Below, in pieces: positions 61,492 through 64,000 of a stretch of DNA of 64,000 nucleotides. Positions within the stretch are counted from its first letter, which is position 1; each line of letters begins with the position of its first letter. Below the pieces are notes generated by a model. It made no database searches, was not told the DNA's origin, and was given only the letters and a program-made list of their open reading frames with translations. The translations under genes were made by a program, and so were the position numbers. Origin of the DNA: the human T2T-CHM13v2.0 reference genome, Homo sapiens. Location: assembly GCF_009914755.1 (NCBI RefSeq), contig NC_060937.1; one strand, given 5' to 3'.

Positions 61492-61963
61492 CTAGTAAGT
61501 GAATTTTAAAGTATTTGAGATCAAATGATTTCTTATGTTATTCAAACTAAATATTTTTATTAGGCATCAGAATATTGTTTACCTAAAAATTCATTGTTTT
61601 AAAAATATTTGCTTTTCTAATTTTTAAAGTGGCATAAATATTGATCCCTCAAAACATTGGGGCTTAATTTACAGATTACCCTTCCTTGTATTAATATTAA
61701 TTAATACTCAATTAATTTTCTACGAGTACATGAATTGCTAGAGTAGTTTTTTTCAGTATTAGTATTAAGGTTTTTGTATGTGTCATACAAAGCATAGACA
61801 TCTGCCTTTCACAGTGCATGAAATCTGCCAAGCTTTGTTTGTAGTTGAAAATAAACAAGGTTGACACTCAGTAGTGAAGTAGAGAAAGTTCTATCCCTAA
61901 TGTTCTATGTCTAATATTCCTTTTTGGAATGCTGCTTCTCCCTACCTATCTAATACTATACAG

Positions 61964-62152
61964 CAGTGGCTCTCAGCGGGGGGCACTTGTGCCCCCCCAC
62001 CAGGGACATTGAGCAGTGCTTGGAGAGATATTTTCAGTTGTCACAACTTGAGTGGGTGCTACTGGCACCTAGTGGGTAGCAGCCAGAGATGCTGCTAACC
62101 ATTCTACAATGCATAGGGCAGCCCCTGGTAATAAAGAGCTATCCAGCCGAAA
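61964..62152. mobile_element. MER20 (hAT-Charlie)
   Basis: cagtggctctcagcggggggcacttgtgccc...gctactggcacctagtgggtag...gatgctgctaaccattctacaatgcatagg. Confidence 0.85.
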
Positions 62153-62234
62153 CTCCTTTGCTTTAGATGAAGTGTCCTTCTGCTGTTATCTTCCCTCACT
62201 TTGTCATGTTCTCCCATCCTCCCTGTCCTACGTA

Positions 62235-62949
62235 CTTATCTAGCAAAAATAAATCATTGTGAGTAGCTTGCCCATCTCATTTGGGGTAAATGCATTTAGT
62301 GTGGTTCCTTGCAATGAGTTTGGCTAAATCACTGCACAGGTAGAGGACACAGTCAGTCCTCCACAAGACCACTCCCACTTCTGACACCAACTGCAAGTTC
62401 ATGGTTCCCAGAACCATCCTCAGGCTTGATAATTCTCTGGAAAGACTCAAAGAACTCACTGAAATCTCCTATACTTACAGTTTAATCATGGGAAAGATAC
62501 AAATTAAAATCCACCAAGGGAAGAGATGCATAGAGCAGGGCCTAGGAGTGGTCCAAACAGAGAGCTTCTGATTATCCTCTCCCTGTGGAGCAAGACATGG
62601 CAGTACCTTTTCCTAACCACAGTGTGACAGTACTTGAAGAGTATTGCCAACCAGGGAATCCTACTCTAGACTTTGGCATTCAGAGTTTTTACTGAGGCTT
62701 GATCACATACCACCCACCAGGCCAACCTTTAGTCTCTAGTCCCGGAGGTTCAGGCTAGTAACTCCAGAAGCTGATGTGTCCCAAAGCTCCCATTGTGAAT
62801 CACATTGATAGACTGACCAGTGGCCAAAGCCAGGGCAAACAAAGACACTCCCGTCAGGCAGAGCATTTCAGGGGTGTAGAAATCATTTCCTAGGAGCCAA
62901 CAACAGAGGCCAGACCTCTCTTTGAGTAAAGTTAATTCTTCACTACACA
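62235..62949 (-). mobile_element. MER21-family LTR
   Basis: tccacaagaccactcccacttctgacaccaactgcaagttc...gtaaagttaattcttcactacaca. Confidence 0.75.
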
Positions 62950-63259
62950 TTCTAAAACCCATATTTTATTTATTTGTTTAATTCTTTTACAACCCATATT
63001 TTAATTTTGAAGTTACCTTCATTACGGGAAGAAAAACCATAGGCTCTGAGTCCTTGCACTAGGCTAGTGATTAGACTGTAAGCTTTTCAAAGAGGCAGAT
63101 TATCTTATTCATCATTCTTTTGCTTGTCTACTTAAGTGTTCCATACATCTTTATTGACTAACTTAGTAAATCAGTGAACTTTGTCTTTAATTAAGTGATT
63201 TCAGGGATCACGTAACAGGTGATAATTTTGCCAGGTGGGCCTTCAAAAGATCTTTAGAA

Positions 63260-63810
63260 ATGACTTTGGAGATTCTTATTTTATAGATGAGGAAACTGAA
63301 GCCTAGAAAAGCCAAGGTCTCACAGTTATCTGTAACTGGGATAGTGTGTGGGTCATTTGATCCTCTGTTGAATGATATTTTCATCACATCCTACTTGTTA
63401 TATTACATGGGAAAAAGTTTTATACTTGTCATATGAAACATCTTACAGGTTCACTTAAGAGGACAAAATTCTAGGTTGCTCCTAAGGAGCTTACAGTCTT
63501 CAGAAGGAAAATTAAATGGACACACTTAGATATTACAAGGCATGAAGTAATAAATTATAATAAAAGAGTATAAATTGCTGTGGAATTTAAAAGAGAGGTT
63601 ATTTACCACTAGTTGGGAAAGTCAGAAGAGATTGCTTAGAAGATAAATTAAGAGTTGATTATTACGGGATATGTAGAATTGAGATTGACCTTGAGATACA
63701 GGAGAAAAGGGCATTGCAGGTAAGGGTACAAGATGAATGAGGGAAGAGAGTGTAGGAGCTGCCCAATGCTAACAACAAAACACAAAAATGAGATTTAGTC
63801 ATTAGGCAGT
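63260..63810. mobile_element. MIR and L2 remnants
   Basis: ttttatagatgaggaaactgaagcctaga (MIR core); aaggagcttacagtct...gggcattgcaggtaaggg (L2). Confidence 0.6.
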
Positions 63811-64000
63811 AGTTAAAAAAATAATGGTCTTCCCCTCAGTTGGTTCTCATGGAAGAAGTTGCAGAGACCCATATCCTTCCTTTTCAGTTTTTTCTTAAGA
63901 CCTGGAGCCAATCTTATCAAGCATGAGTTTAAGCCCTGAAACATGTATACAAATTAAAATACCTTCCAATGTCTAAAGTTCACCTAACAACTTTATATGT

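Overview
Primate (almost certainly human, 13q12.11) genomic DNA spanning the ~41 kb divergent interval between two CpG-island promoters. CRYL1 (lambda-crystallin homolog/L-gulonate 3-dehydrogenase) starts on the minus strand, with exon 1 CDS at 3004-2964 (MASSAAGCVVIVG-S). IFT88 (intraflagellar transport 88) starts on the plus strand, with a non-coding exon 1 ending at 44419 and coding exons at 51540-51635 and 60111-60173. Most of the rest is transposon-derived: more than 50 Alus, L1/L2/MIR fragments, MaLR and ERV solo LTRs (LTR22, LTR12, LTR15, LTR3, LTR10F, MER34-like) and DNA transposons (MER30, MER3, MER20, MADE1). Nearly all ORF-track entries are Alu/L1/GC-island noise. I see no new protein-coding system. 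The strongest signal is that the alternative N-terminus of IFT88 (MKFTNTK-VQ) has its start codon and splice donor inside a MER30 hAT transposon with a perfect 8-bp TSD, possibly extended in frame by an upstream candidate exon. Other signals are three solo LTRs each inserted inside an Alu within 10 kb, an AP-1-rich LTR10F just upstream of IFT88, a 28-bp tandem array of AGGTCA motifs and several template-switch or duplication scars. Repeat family names come from recalled consensus sequences and need RepeatMasker/Dfam confirmation; repeat boundaries without a stated TSD are approximate.
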